From Balanoglossus misakiensis (Eukaryota > Animalia > Hemichordata), in assembly GCA_040954595.2 (NCBI GenBank), contig CM082585.2, positions 11,139,995 through 11,203,994 of the forward strand: 64,000 bases of DNA, written 5' to 3'. Both the position numbers and the translations under genes were made by a program. The notes under the pieces are model-generated. The model saw only the letters and a program-made list of their open reading frames with translations. It was not told the DNA's origin and did not search any database. Positions 44,761-64,000 of this stretch are shown in pieces; the first letter of the stretch is position 1, and every line of letters begins with the position of its first letter.

Positions 44761-47700
44761 CTGTAAGTAAGGCACAACCAGAAGTAGGAGTCAGGTGGCG
44801 AGGCCCTTTATTTGTTGTTTAACCGTGGGGGCGGGAAAGATGATCGTCAGGAGAGTTTGACCAGCCCGACGAACGTACTGTCGGGGCTCATGTTGATCAC
44901 GCGATCGGGATACCGAATGTGAACTTTGAGCTTGCTTCCCTGCTGAAATCTGGCTATCCCGCCCGTAAAACAGGTATTATACTTCGCCCCAGAATAAGCA
45001 GTGTGGGTACAGGACAGGATTGCGTCATCATCGACAGACACAGCGTGGCTCATGTTCTTGTCATCATAATATAACACCTGGAAGCAGATAAAACACGTTG
45101 TCATGTTGTGGACTCCTGACTTCAATTGGAAAATTTAGGGTCTAATATGATCACATCTGTGTACTCTTTCACTTTGTTCTGTACATATTTTCTGGAATAA
45201 TTTTCACAGCCCTTTAAAACTGTTGAGATGAGCTCAACAACGGTTATCGTTCACCCTGTATAAAATAACCTTTAAACTGGCGGCCATAGTCAGAACTAGA
45301 CCCGCCATTAAAAACAATGCCTTTGTGCTCACTGTGTACAATACAACACTGTCCTTGTGTCAAATGTGAATAGAATCGGCCTGAGTGATGGCTCCGGACA
45401 TGGAAACATTGTAACAAAATAGTCGTCTGGTCGCCATATTGGATCGTGTCACCGAACAAGTTGACGTGTACATGTACAACATCACAGTGTATTTTCCTTG
45501 TGCCAAATGTGAACCAATTTGGTTCTCACAGCCCAAGAAACGACAGCGGACGCGTGAACGGATGGAGCTTAGTCTATGTAGCTTAAGCTAACTAAACATC
45601 TGTTCACTTAAATTTGATTATTCCTACAAAGGTTGTCACTGGGGTCAGTTGAACTTCCGCTTCATACTGTATTTTCACTGTTACTGTTGACTGTGCGGGC
45701 ACATGAACAAGACCTCCGGTATAACATGAGCTGAGTTCCGGGGCTCTGCTATATATATAATTAATACATCTGAAAAAGAGGTCTCCGCCAATGTCAATAT
45801 AGTGACCAACAAATGGATTGCCTTTATACGTTACCTAAAAATCAAGACAGAAAATAAGCAATGATTAACTCATAATACATTTATGTTGAACTCTGCACAC
45901 ATACTAGTTTCAAACAAAGCTTGAATTGTGTTACTTGGCTACAAACCCATTGCTACGGTAATTTATCAAGTCTCGCAAGATCTCGTGATGAGCAGAATAT
46001 GGTCTATTGAGATCACATTTACCTGGCTATATACATAGTACAGGCCAGCCTCTTCCACGATAATCTCCCCGTCTATGTTCTTTCGAAATTTACTCTTGTC
46101 ATCGTTCGTCATCCAGTCTGCGTACTTCCAGAAATTAATGGTTCCATCTGTAATTAAAACCAAATGTTTCAATTTTTGAAATCAAAAAAGAAAACATAAT
46201 GTTCACCGTCTTATTTTCATTTTAAAAACACAACACTTCTTTGTATTTTCGCCATAGAGTTAACACACAGAGGGTGGCCATTTTGATTTTCAAATCTGAG
46301 GCAATTTTGTTCGCCCATTCAAAACTTTGCACGGTGACCCCATTTTTTATTCTCAATCATAGTACTGTACAAAATAGCAGAGTTTCAAACTATTCATTTG
46401 ACACAAGGAAATTAAAATCCCAAATCAACTACCTTACCTTTAATCTCAACAACGCCTCCATTTTGGCGATCGCCCACAAAATGAGCCGCAATGACACTCG
46501 ACTAAAACAGATTTTAAGAAGAAATGAACAAAGTGTCAATCGTCTGACAGAACGAAAGTGAAAGCGAAAACTCACGTGGGCCAGTGTGTACAGCCGCTTC
46601 GTTATCCCCTTCTAAATGGGCAGCGATTAACTCAGGCTGGTAAAAACGAACATACACAACCAATATTTAGAAGTAATTTTCACGACTGATTGTAACGTCA
46701 AATGTATTGGTTTTCACAAACCATTATAACAATGATGATTTGGAATTTATAATTTCTTAATTTATGCCAATCTGATGGAGATCTCTGGATTTATTTTGTG
46801 CCTAGCTCGGGCAATGAAAATACACACAGCACCACACGTTGGTTTTGCGCTTTAGCGTATAACAGCGGCAACAACAACAAAACAGCAGCAACAACAACAA
46901 CAACAACAGCAACAAATTGCAACAAAACACAAGCAAAATATCCCCAAATACTGTTATGCTTAGTGAAGAATTAGAGGAAGGGGAAAGTTGAACTAGACCT
47001 TAATTAATTCCCACTATATTTCCTATTAGACAAAAAAGTATGCTTACCGCTTGGCCAGGTTCACCTGCAAGGCAAAACACAAAGGGATAAGTTTAATATG
47101 AGAAAAAAATACTTTTCGGTCGTTGTTAGAGAATTCTGACTCGAATAGTCCATATAGGATAATTTTAGTCTAGGTTTTCCTAAAACTTCTTACACATAAA
47201 AGAACTTAATGATGCCAGCCAGAATTAAATTTAATATATTTGAACACAGTTTTGTTGATGAAGTTAAACATATTAAATCATACACATTCACGTACCTGGT
47301 TCTCCCTTTTCGCCTTTTTCTGAAATATAACGGATAAAAATGGAAAACAGTCAGTTCAACTTAGCTGTTATTGAGCTTGGCTAGAAATTTAAGTGTACAG
47401 CAACCATCTCAAATCTCCTTCACAAAGTCCTGTCATGTTCCGGGACTGTATAGCTACTTCAAATAAGCAAAGGTTCAAAGGTACTTATACTTACCCCCCT
47501 TCCGCTTTTTGCCCTTTTTCTCTCCTTTTTTCTTTCCTCTTTTAACGCGATCTGTGGAAAAAATCAACATAATAAAAACATTACACTTCAAAGCAACAAG
47601 AATTTCATAATTTGCCTCTTTCCTGTCCTCAAAAGAACTTCAGTGACAAGAACAAACGTTAACGCTTTAAGTACCCTGATGAAACTCACCCTTTCCGATA

Positions 47701-48396
47701 TCTTCGATATCATCCTCCAGGCCATATTCACCCAGGTCTCCCTTGGACTTTGAATTTTCGTAAGGAAAAGAACTCTCCATGTCAGCGTCGAAGTCAACTT
47801 CAACTAGATTACCCTTCTCGTTCGAATTTCGCGACATAACGCCTCTCTCTTCATTTTCACTGTATTCATGACCCCTGATAATACTTGCCATGATTTTCTA
47901 CGGAGATAAAAAAACAATCGCAATTAAACTACAGTCTCAATCGTTTGCCAATGGTTAGAATGTCAAAAGCATGGACTAGATACATAACGATAAAACTAGG
48001 GCGGTGAGCTACTGGTCTTATGTGAAATATCAGTAGTTTTGAGTGTTGTTTGCGAACACTCACCTGCATAAGAGGTCCGGTTTCATACGCTTGGCCCGTG
48101 TTCATGTTTGTGCCAACTTCCGTCTTGTCGGGCTTAGCCTCGTTGTGCACAACGGGGCCAACATTGTTAGCCCTCGGACGGCTGCACTCTTCTGGTAGAG
48201 CTTCAAGCGCCTCCTGCAATTGGCCGACTATACACTCCAGCTGGTCGATCCTCCTGCTTTGACCAACTTCGTGCCAAACGAACACCGGAACTAACACCAA
48301 AACAATTAACACAGCGCTACCATTCGCCCACGAATTCCGCGAAGGCTTCGTAGCGCTAGCAGGCTCTGCGGTGATTAGACCCTGGTGGTCAACCAT
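44518..48396 (-). CDS. TNF superfamily ligand C, ectodysplasin/Eiger-like, with alternative exon arrays
   Basis: Exons 48396-48064 (TM), 47897-47690, ~47551-47495 (RVKR furin site + KKKGEKKGKK), collagen micro-exons 47319-47296 and 47064-47048, alternative A exons, constant exon 46147-46023 (..EEAGLYYVYSQ), three terminal exons. Confidence 0.88.
44847..45077 (-). CDS. TNF-C terminal exon T2
   Basis: ccag|VLYYDDKNMSHAV...SCT...KYNTCFTGGIA...YPDRVINMSPDSTFVGLVKLS*. Confidence 0.85.
   Translation of the reverse strand: MLYYDDKNMSHAVSVDDDAILSCTHTAYSGAKYNTCFTGGIARFQQGSKLKVHIRYPDRVINMSPDSTFVGLVKLS
45604..45834 (-). CDS. TNF-C terminal exon T1 (absent from the ORF track)
   Basis: ttttag|VTYKGNPFVGHYIDIGGDLFFRCINYIYSRAPELSSCYTGGLVHVPAQSTVTVKIQYEAEVQLTPVTTFVGIIKFK*. 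Confidence 0.82.
   Translation of the reverse strand, partial: VTYKGNPFVGHYIDIGGDLFFRCINYIYSRAPELSSCYTGGLVHVPAQSTVTVKIQYEAEVQLTPVTTFVGIIKFK
46438..46501 (-). CDS. TNF-C alternative A-strand exon b
   Basis: ttttag|SSVIAAHFVGDRQNGGVVEIK|gtaag; 64 nt, phase 0 to 1. Confidence 0.8.
46576..46636 (-). CDS. TNF-C alternative A-strand exon a
   Basis: ccag|PELIAAHLEGDNEAAVHTGP|gtgag; 61 nt, phase 0 to 1. Confidence 0.8.
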
Positions 48397-49052
48397 GTCT
48401 GTGTTGTTCGCGCTGTTGGTGCATGCTGTATGGACTTTGCAGTCCTCGCTCTACGCCTTCTAAACTTCATTATACGGGGACCAAAGTGGTTCCAGGAATC
48501 GCGGACATGCGCAATCGAGCCTTCTCGGCGGATAGCTAGTTTACTTCACCTGACCTGGGCCTTGCTGGGCTCTGGTGGTCATGTGTGTAAGAGCTCTTTG
48601 GCACCATGCCAGTGTATGGTCGCCGCCAATAAGTATATCTTGTCTGCAGCTGGCGAGACGTCCTTTTGAACTCATAAAAGCACAGGTGACTTGTACAAAA
48701 ACGCAACGTTTACAAGTGAAAGAAATACAATTTGGTGACATAAACTAAACTGCTCGTATATCATAAACTTATAGTAACCCCATAACGCAATTATTATACA
48801 GACTAACACTTATGATATTATTAAAAGAATAACAGATTAAACTTAAATTTGCTATAGCAACTGTCGGTGAGGGCGTCTGTAATAAAACATATCAATTTCT
48901 TCGACGTGTGTTATGGAGTAACCTCATATCATTAATTGGCCGCGGTTGCAAGCAATTCTCGAAAATGATATCAAGTACAGTATTTAACAATGTCGACTTT
49001 GAAATTGTCGCATACACAGAACATTTTTCGATGCGTTATAAACCACTACAAT

Positions 49053-49623
49053 GGGGAATCCCCACAGCTACTTAACCATACTGGGAGTATATGGTATTCG
49101 AAATTGTAGATGGTTGGTTTAGGAGAGGTGAGTTTGGCAGAGCGAGAGAAGGGGGCTCAAAAGTACGATGGACAACTTACAGACAGCTCACACAAAGTAA
49201 ACTTACCTGTGTTCATACTAAGCTTAAATGATCGACACAAACCATACGAGTTCCAACTCTGCTAAAATATGCTCTGTCTGTGTACTGTTACCTCAATATA
49301 ATGACAGTATACCATTGCAGTTGCATAGCAACATGCATTCCCAGGCTGGCAGGCCTTCCCTCCCATTCTACAGATGGAAATACCTGATTCCAGAGTGATC
49401 TCCATCTCGGGAATCAAAAGTGGTATGTCGCATGCAAGTTCGAGCTGTGCTAAGCCAAATGGTGCTGCTCTAGACGCAGACACCTTATCGCAACAAGCAC
49501 AAGCCAGGACTGGCGGGTGGGACTACAGCGTAGAAAGTATAATCGCGTTGACAAAATCCCCGTCTAAAAAAAGACTGGAAACCCCCTATTTGGGCTGTTT
49601 GTGACGTCACCTGGGGAAACCCC
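49053..49623. promoter_or_regulatory. NF-kB-like sites upstream of TNF gene C
   Basis: GGGGAATCCCC at 49053-49063, GGGGAAACCCC at 49613-49623 and GGAAACCCCC at ~49577. Confidence 0.5.
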
Positions 49624-52261
49624 AGCCGCACCTCAAATGAGACCAAAATGCGTGGGCTACCCAGTAGGCTTATACCTTATCCAGTTATGGGTAGGCCTCT
49701 ATAGACGATGAAGCAGTGTACACATGGACCATGTATTCATCGGCCATTTGATATTCCGCCACCGATTCCAACATAACCGTAAGTACAACACACCTGATTC
49801 ATAGAGGTCAAGTCAAGCGCATTGTCTGTGATTTAAATTTGGCCAAGCTCACTGTCTTACCCGCCTAGACAGAAGCTTGGGTCTGGCAAAGAACACCAAA
49901 TGCTCCCAGTTCATAACAAACTGGTAGTTGTGGACACAAAACAAATAACCCTAGCTCTACATGATGCACTGGCACAGGTAATCATCAACTAGACTGAGTG
50001 GGTTTGTGTTAAAATTAAGCTGTTTACAGTCCTTGAAGGGGGCCGTGAAGTTTTGACATGTGTCGCAGGGAATGACAGATAGAATCAGGACAGTTGCTTG
50101 TCTGAAAGCCTTGGATGGAGTCAAGGTCATGCAGAAATAGGTGCATAACATTTACTCCGTGGTTTCACAAAGACAGGGAACAGAATGTCAGGGATTCCAC
50201 ATCAGAAGTTAACAAGACTGCATTTTCGTGCAAAGGGTTTACACTCTGAAACTCTCAATGTGAACGCCCAGTCAGTCTCGTCTATACGACAAGCAGGAAA
50301 CCATACCCTATTCAGACAAGTTGAGGTTAAATAGGCATCCCATATTTCAAAACAGTCGAATTTTTTTAACGTGGTCTCTTGACCTAAATCGAAGGGGCAA
50401 ACTGATTTAAGGTAACTATGGTAATTAATCCAAGGGAAGATATCACTATCTAATCACAATCTATTTTCCGCGCAGTATCTGTCACTGTCACGACGGTTTA
50501 TCGGAAGAGAACTTTATATGACTAGGTATCACACCAACCTGGTTAAAACTTGAAAAGCATTTATCTGGTGCTTGATTATTAAAGTACACTTGAGTGTAAA
50601 TCAACCAGCAAATTGCCCGCAATAAACGGGCGTTCAGCAGTACATTCAAGTCTCTCGCCATAAAAAGAAAGTTTCATCATGAAACACAGATCCCCAACAC
50701 AGCAGAAGTCTGTTCATAAAAGTCTCCAGACTACCAGACGAGAAAATGTGGTTTCAACACGATGTTGAACAGAATGAAACAGCATGACTGTAACCCGGTT
50801 GCCATGCGCAAACTGCCGGCTACCTATAGACCCACCACAATGAACTTTTAAGCCGGACAATGACACACTTCAGCTAGGGCTTTATTCAAGATCTTTGCTG
50901 AAAATTTCGGAGCCCCCTTCAATTTTGTCAACTTTGAACTCTGGGTGGGTCATGTGAGGTCACCGCTTCATCATTTTGGCGCTCATCAAACAGAATTTGG
51001 CTGTTCTAATAAACAGTCTGGTTCTATCTGACCTTGGGAGCTTAGGACAATATACATGTCGATGCCAACTTCGGCCCCCATTTTCAAATAGTGAATAATG
51101 GGAAGGTGTTGTTGACAACAGAAACGTCAAAAGCTCAAAGGTCATGATAAATAATGGACATGGCATGGGCTATTTCTGTTGATAAGCGCGATGTTGTAGT
51201 CCCGGACCTTATTGTACGCCTGTTAGTTTACGCAGGCTTGGCTCACATCCAAATAATATAACAATGGTCAGGACTTTGATACCTCCTGAACTCAAACAAC
51301 GCACGCAAGGACAAGATTTTAGCATGCGTCACAACAATGCGGCGACTACAGTTCTAGATTACTTGGCCCAGGTGCCAAAGTGAAAGTAAACTCACATTTC
51401 CTAAACTGCAGATTTACCTTCATGGATTTTGCCAAATCCGATTTAATTCAAGAATTTGATGTCAAGAATGTCTATGTGTTGTAATATCTTTATGTCACAA
51501 GGAGATTTAGCTAAATAGACGCACTGACTGTGTCGACTAATAGAGTCACATTTCCATGTCGGCTCTACAGTCATATGTCAACACGCTCGTCCTCGGAGTA
51601 CGAAAGGCTCCACGGACGTTCTAAATATAGTCTTGAGAATCATGTGAAAATGAAATAAACAAAAACGCAAACGAAAATTAAAATCAGACATTTATTAAGT
51701 CAAAACTGAATAATGTCTTACAACGGAACAGGTTACAACTTGAAGACAAAGTAAGAAACTAAGGAATTCAAGTTAGGATGATGTCAACGTAAATTTATTG
51801 ATAACACTGATTATCTCGAGTTGCTGAACGATAAATGTTCTGATATGCAAGTATACACTAAAGAGGAAAGCATAGTAAACTTGGACATGTTTGTAAATTA
51901 CAAAACGTGAAAAGTAATTAAGATCATGCAATATGCCTTGTCCAAGGCGAATATTGTATGTTTCTAGAAATAGCAGTGTAACTGCCGGAAGTGAAAACTG
52001 TCAGTTTATACACATGGAAACTGTGTGACCTGCCGGAAGTGAAAGAGTACACAGCCTGGACTACTTTTAGGAAAGAAAACTGCGGAAAGAAATTCCAACG
52101 TACAATGGATTACAATGTCACCTGTTGGTTTCTTTGTTGTAAAATCAATTGTAAATGGAGTTCTGCATAAATATTCTCATTGATACACTGAGGTATACAA
52201 TGTTGTGTCTCCACAGACCTGATCATGCTATAGTATATCCCACCTACTGGTACTTGTGTGA

Positions 52262-59106
<6,845 letters not shown>

Positions 59107-60003
59107 GATCAACAATAGAAACGACCTATGGTGTAGTATTTACGACGGATCTTGTCAGCCCGAGTGTGCGGTGCATTGGATTGCCGGGACCAGGTCGTCG
59201 CGACTTCGATGTTAGCGCCAGGATTCGCGCAGTGGGCCGTTTCTGTTTGCGAGTTGTCGCACACGCATTAAAAACACTTCTGAGAACCAGACTCCCCCAT
59301 TCGTTGCAATCGACCCCGGCGTGCTGACTCTGGACCTAAATATTACGTCACGTGACCGCAATGCCCAGCCAAAGTTTGCCATTAACTAAACTGTCTTTGA
59401 CAGACGGTTGTGAGCCAACAGGCGGGAAACATTTACTTCAAAGATGGGCGTGGTTTATAAAACAACCACTGAGTACATGTATAAGCATATCAATGCCTAC
59501 TTTTACATGCAAGGTAGCTCAAAGAAGCTGCCGCACCCCCTAGGCCATGCAGCACGCTTAGCTTTGTGGGTCAAACACGCCTCCGTCCTAGTGCCATGTT
59601 TGGCTTCACAGAGCGTGAATATCGCAGACATGTGTGGAGAAGGGGCTGGGGGAAAAGTAGTTCGCCGGATGTTATCAGGTGTTCTTTGACTGTTAAGAAT
59701 ATCAAGGTGAACTTTAAAATCAATCCGCACTGTCAATGAAGACTTTTTGACGAGTCTTGTCTAAAGTTACTGTTATCCACAAAACATGGAACGAGGAAGC
59801 ACAATTGGTTGCATGTAGCAACCAAGCAATGTGGCAATGTTGTCCCTCAGTGCACAGGTCGGTTTGTCCTTCAGCTGACCTGACGGTGACACTTTGACAT
59901 AGTTTGAGGGCGCAGTACCGTGAAACTTTTCAATCATGGCACTAGTATCACTTTACAGTACGACCCACGCCTGGGCATGACCATCACAAGAAGACTGTAT
60001 CAC

Positions 60004-60065
60004 CCCAATATGTAATACTAACCCAATATGTAATAACACTTAACCCAATATGTAACACTAACCCA
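60004..60065. repeat. Short tandem repeat, ~3 copies of cccaatatgtaa(n)actaa
   Basis: Directly visible 18-22 bp unit. Confidence 0.75.
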
Positions 60066-62442
60066 TTAACAATGAACTTTCCTACTTACAGGTATGACGA
60101 GACGTGGTGCCTTTGTAGCTTCTTGGACGAGAGAAGTAAACTTGTTCAACGAGGCCGAGTGGACGGACGATATCCATGTGATGCAATAGAGTGCTCTGAG
60201 AAGCAGTTTCTTTCCTGATGGTCTAAAACAGAACACAGAGATTTTGTGTACAGAATATTAGGAATGAATAATATAAGTGAAAGTCAAACGAATAGATCAA
60301 TAAAAAAGCAATGATGACGCCCAATGCAACACTGATACACCAGATATACATTACGTGACACCTAGACAATTATGACTACCGCGAAACCATTGCACATTTA
60401 CTATACATTTTCGACATGTTAGATGTTTTGATTTATTTCACATGATCACACAAGACGAATGACACTCATGGCCAGAACAATGTTCATGTATGCCACGTGC
60501 GTCGGGTTGTAAACAGCGCCATCGTGTGGTGAATAAATGCATCACGTTCATCTCCAAGCATCACCAAGCCCATGTATACGTATTAGGCTGGTTCGTTGAA
60601 GTATAACACATTCTTGAACAAGCAAACTGCCCTGTGCCATCTGCCCTTTTCTCTTATCCTGTTATCGTTGGCACACCGGCTGACAGTACACTGATGATGT
60701 ACACACTCTCCCATTCTCATCTACCTTGGACATGCGCAGCAGTAGAACCATTAACTTCAACAAAACTAAATAACTATGCTGACCAGTTACTAGACACGTG
60801 TTGTCTGGCTGTCGCAAAGGTTATGATTTGACCTACTTAACGGAACCCAAAATATCCCGGCCGCCATTCAAGTTTCAGGAAAGTGGCAAGATAGATTGAA
60901 ATATCGTAGAGACACAACAGAAAATGTTCTCAACAAATAAACGCGCCTGCAGGTATCACTCACCTAAAATTTTCCACCTGTGAGGCTGTCTCACAGAATG
61001 AGAATTATGAAACAGGCAGTCTGCAATCTTGTCTCGTACCACGTGCGGGCCCATTCTGCGGAGTTTTATCCAGTTCATCATATATTCAGCACTCTGGAGA
61101 CACATAATTCTTTCAAGCTTCTGATGACACTAACGGCGGCGGTGTGTCACTTCATTTGCCGGCCCTCACGAATGACTTCATACTCTACAAAGAGAAAAAC
61201 TTCAACCGTCAATTTTTCATGCATGCAAGACTCGTTCGTCTCTTGTCGTTCACAGACAAATCTCTCCCAATCATACCGTCTAATATTCTGACGTCAAGAT
61301 CGACTGTCAGGACAGGGGCACGTGCTGCCACAGGTGTTCTTGTTCAATGCCATCTGCAGGTAATGTGGCGCGTGGTGGTAAAACGGAGCAGCAGCACGAG
61401 AATGTTCCTTCAAGGGAGTACATCACATGGATGTTTTGTCTCCGGAAATTCCCATCATCAGAAACAATAGCTGCGCACTTCAAATTGGAAATCCCCCGTT
61501 CTTACTGTATTTGATTGGGCGAGAAACGTCACGTGACCCATTAACTTGCGAACTTCTTATATGTAAAGCATGTTATTCGTAATCTTAACCTGCCACGCCA
61601 GGCTAGCTGAGATCAATGTCATCATACGTGGGCATATATCTATACATGCGCGAGGGAGTTATTCTCCACTCTGAATGAAGGCAAGATTGCGCCCTCAGCA
61701 ACGGGTTATCGTGATCAAATTTTCGATTTTATTCATAGAAGCAAGTATTAAAACATTTTTCTGAATTTTACATTGACATACATTTAAAAGTTTCTCTTTA
61801 AAAGTATCAGAATCTGAAGTGTAAATGCAAAGATAATGTTCGAATGATTTGATATATAAATCTGAATGCTATACAGTTACATCTATCAAAAGCTGTACAA
61901 AATAAGATGTAATGTTGCTAAATTTTCTGATTTCAAAGTTGTCTTCTGGTGCAAACTCTACTGATATTGAAAAGCTGTTTCTTGTTTTTGATTCAACAAA
62001 ATGTTCTGATTTCATAATGGTCATTGTTTTCTACTATTAAACACTGCGTGACTGAAAAAACTACATGCAATCACGCTACACCAGTTACATGAATAGCAGA
62101 GCGCCCCCTATGGTCACTGTACTCAGAAAATCAACATACACTAGCAACTTTTCAGATACTGTTTGACTGTGGTATCTGTGTTCAACACGGTTTTCCATAC
62201 CAAAGCTGGAAAGTTGGAACTAACAACTACAAATGGGTTCTGTGTGTTCAGACTGGATTTCCATTCTTGATAGTATAAGGTGAGCATTTCCATTTCCAAT
62301 CTCACAGATAGATTCACTGTTGCTGTATACAAGTGAACTCCTATATCTTCAAAAGTTTTCTTCTTCAGGAACAGACACTATACGCATGTGTATGAGGCAT
62401 AAATAATAATATAAACTGCCAATGTGTAAGTATACAAATGTC

Positions 62443-63860
62443 TTAGAACAACAACGGACCCCATAGCAATGGTCCCATTATCATTGCTCCAGCAGCAACC
62501 CCAACAACTGCCCCTGTGGTAAAATCTCTGTCTCGGTTTGATTGCCTGTCATTAAGTATGATTGTCTCATGATTGGCTGGATTGGTATCTACAAGGAAAA
62601 AGATCATAATGTGATTATTAAAAGTAGCTGTGAGGTGCACAGATGGCATAGTTAACCTTTTCATTGTCTTTCATCGAACAACAATACATGTACATGTGAT
62701 GAATCTTGCCACCCTTCCCTACAAAATGTGGACAACTTAACACATTCATACCATCAACTCATTACTACAAGGTATTGTGTGTTTTGAAGAAAAATAACAC
62801 AAATTAACAAATAAACTACGGGATCAGGTGGTGAGCAGGCAATCTGGAGTTTGGATATCACAGTAAATAATAAATTAAAAGAAGACTAAAAACAGAAAGC
62901 AAACATGTGTGAGGTATACCTTGTCAGTCTTCATGCTTTTGTTAGTAATAGTAGTAACGGGTGCATCTTGTTGGTCCTGCTGGCATTGAGGAAACAGAAA
63001 TACATCTCACATGTATATCAATTTGAACAACAAGCACGGTACTGTATAACTGACAAACAGGATGTTAGATGAGCTGACAATTTGTGATACAAGCATTATG
63101 TGTGCTGATGAACATAAAAAAAAATGTTTACAGATGATTAACATTACATCTCTGGTGTTGGCTGGGATCAAGGAGTTGATGGTGTGAAATATGGCAATCA
63201 GATTTCAACATGAACACAATCGTCCTGTCAACTGTAACAAAATTTAAGCTTCTGTCCGCTTTACGCATTAAACAAGTGTACTTTTTCTCACACTACTTAC
63301 TGTAATCATAGTACACAGCTTGTCCAGGTGCGCTCTGAACCATGTACGTTGTGTTCGTAGACTGTGGATAGATCACAGTCTGGTGGCTGCCAGGTGTCAC
63401 CACAGTCTGTCCATTGGGGTAGGTAGTCGTGGTAACAGTATTGGCTCTGTAGGTTGGCATTGGCTGTCGATGGTGTATGACTGTTACGTTTTGATGTGGC
63501 ACCTGGACTGGCACTGGCTGGGGCTGCAGGAGACAAGTGTTAATACGATGAGTGGACATTCTTACAACAGGCCAGGAAAGCAAGTGTAGCTCTACATTAC
63601 TACGGCATAGAGATTTGCTAAAAGACACTGCAAAAACACAGTACTGTCAAGTAAAGTACGTAGCAAAGTTAAGACAGCAGCCACAGAGACAAACTCACCG
63701 GAGCTATAGCTTTCATCTGCTCCAATGCTATGACCCAGGCTTTGCAGTCATCAGAGTTTTCGGCACAAAGCACGACGGTGTTATCGTAAGTCTTGATGGA
63801 GATCAAGCTATCGTAATGTCGACCTTCTGGTGGCCTGGCATCACGTACTGAATACGCAGA
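62443..63860 (-). CDS. PLEKHB: Evectin / PLEKHB-like PH-domain tail-anchored protein, 3' part (5' end beyond window)
   Basis: Exon 63860-63699 VRDARPPEGRHYDSLISIKTYDNTVVLCAENSDDCKAWVIALE (end of PH domain; cf. evectin LCAESTDDCLAW); Pro/Gln/Tyr-rich exon; C-terminal ETIILNDR...GAVVGVAAGAMIMGPLLWGPLLF* tail anchor. Confidence 0.8.
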
Positions 63861-64000
63861 CTATGGATAGAGAGAGAAAAGGGCAAAATCGTTCTTAATT
63901 CAGTGAGTTGTCAACATGCTTACCCACAAAAAAATTATAGTGACTGATCTGACCCCCCCCCCCTCCAGTGCATGTATGTCCAATATGTTTACGGCAGGAT

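Noticed and set aside
45244-45459. ORF between TNF-C T1 and T2 as a fourth terminal exon
   Set aside because: No GH / C / C-Y-x-x-G / F-x-G-L pattern and no convincing acceptor; contains a generic ccaatatggcg repeat-like motif.

Overview
Intron-rich genomic DNA from a bilaterian invertebrate, probably a marine lophotrochozoan or non-vertebrate deuterostome; the species cannot be fixed from sequence. The first 23 kb is a compact housekeeping block: 3' part of aprataxin, carboxypeptidase Q, mitochondrial EF-G1, an intronless nucleotide-diphospho-sugar transferase, GPALPP1 with an intronic LINE-ORF1-like ORF, PIN4 and TAF9. It is followed by a clear Norrin (NDP)-like cystine-knot gene and a minus-strand tandem cluster of four TNF-superfamily ligand genes (labelled A-D here), then the 3' part of an evectin/PLEKHB gene. 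The standout is the two ectodysplasin/Eiger-like TNF genes C and D. Each appears to build its TNF homology domain combinatorially from one of 2 mutually exclusive 'A-strand' exons, one constant exon and one of 3 tandem alternative terminal exons. Both also carry the same conserved long-range inverted repeat bracketing terminal exons 2-3, a candidate RNA-pairing splice selector. TNF gene B has a vitellogenin-type C-terminal cysteine domain fused after its TNF domain. All exon boundaries were read by eye from GT/GC-AG signals and reading frame, without transcript data.
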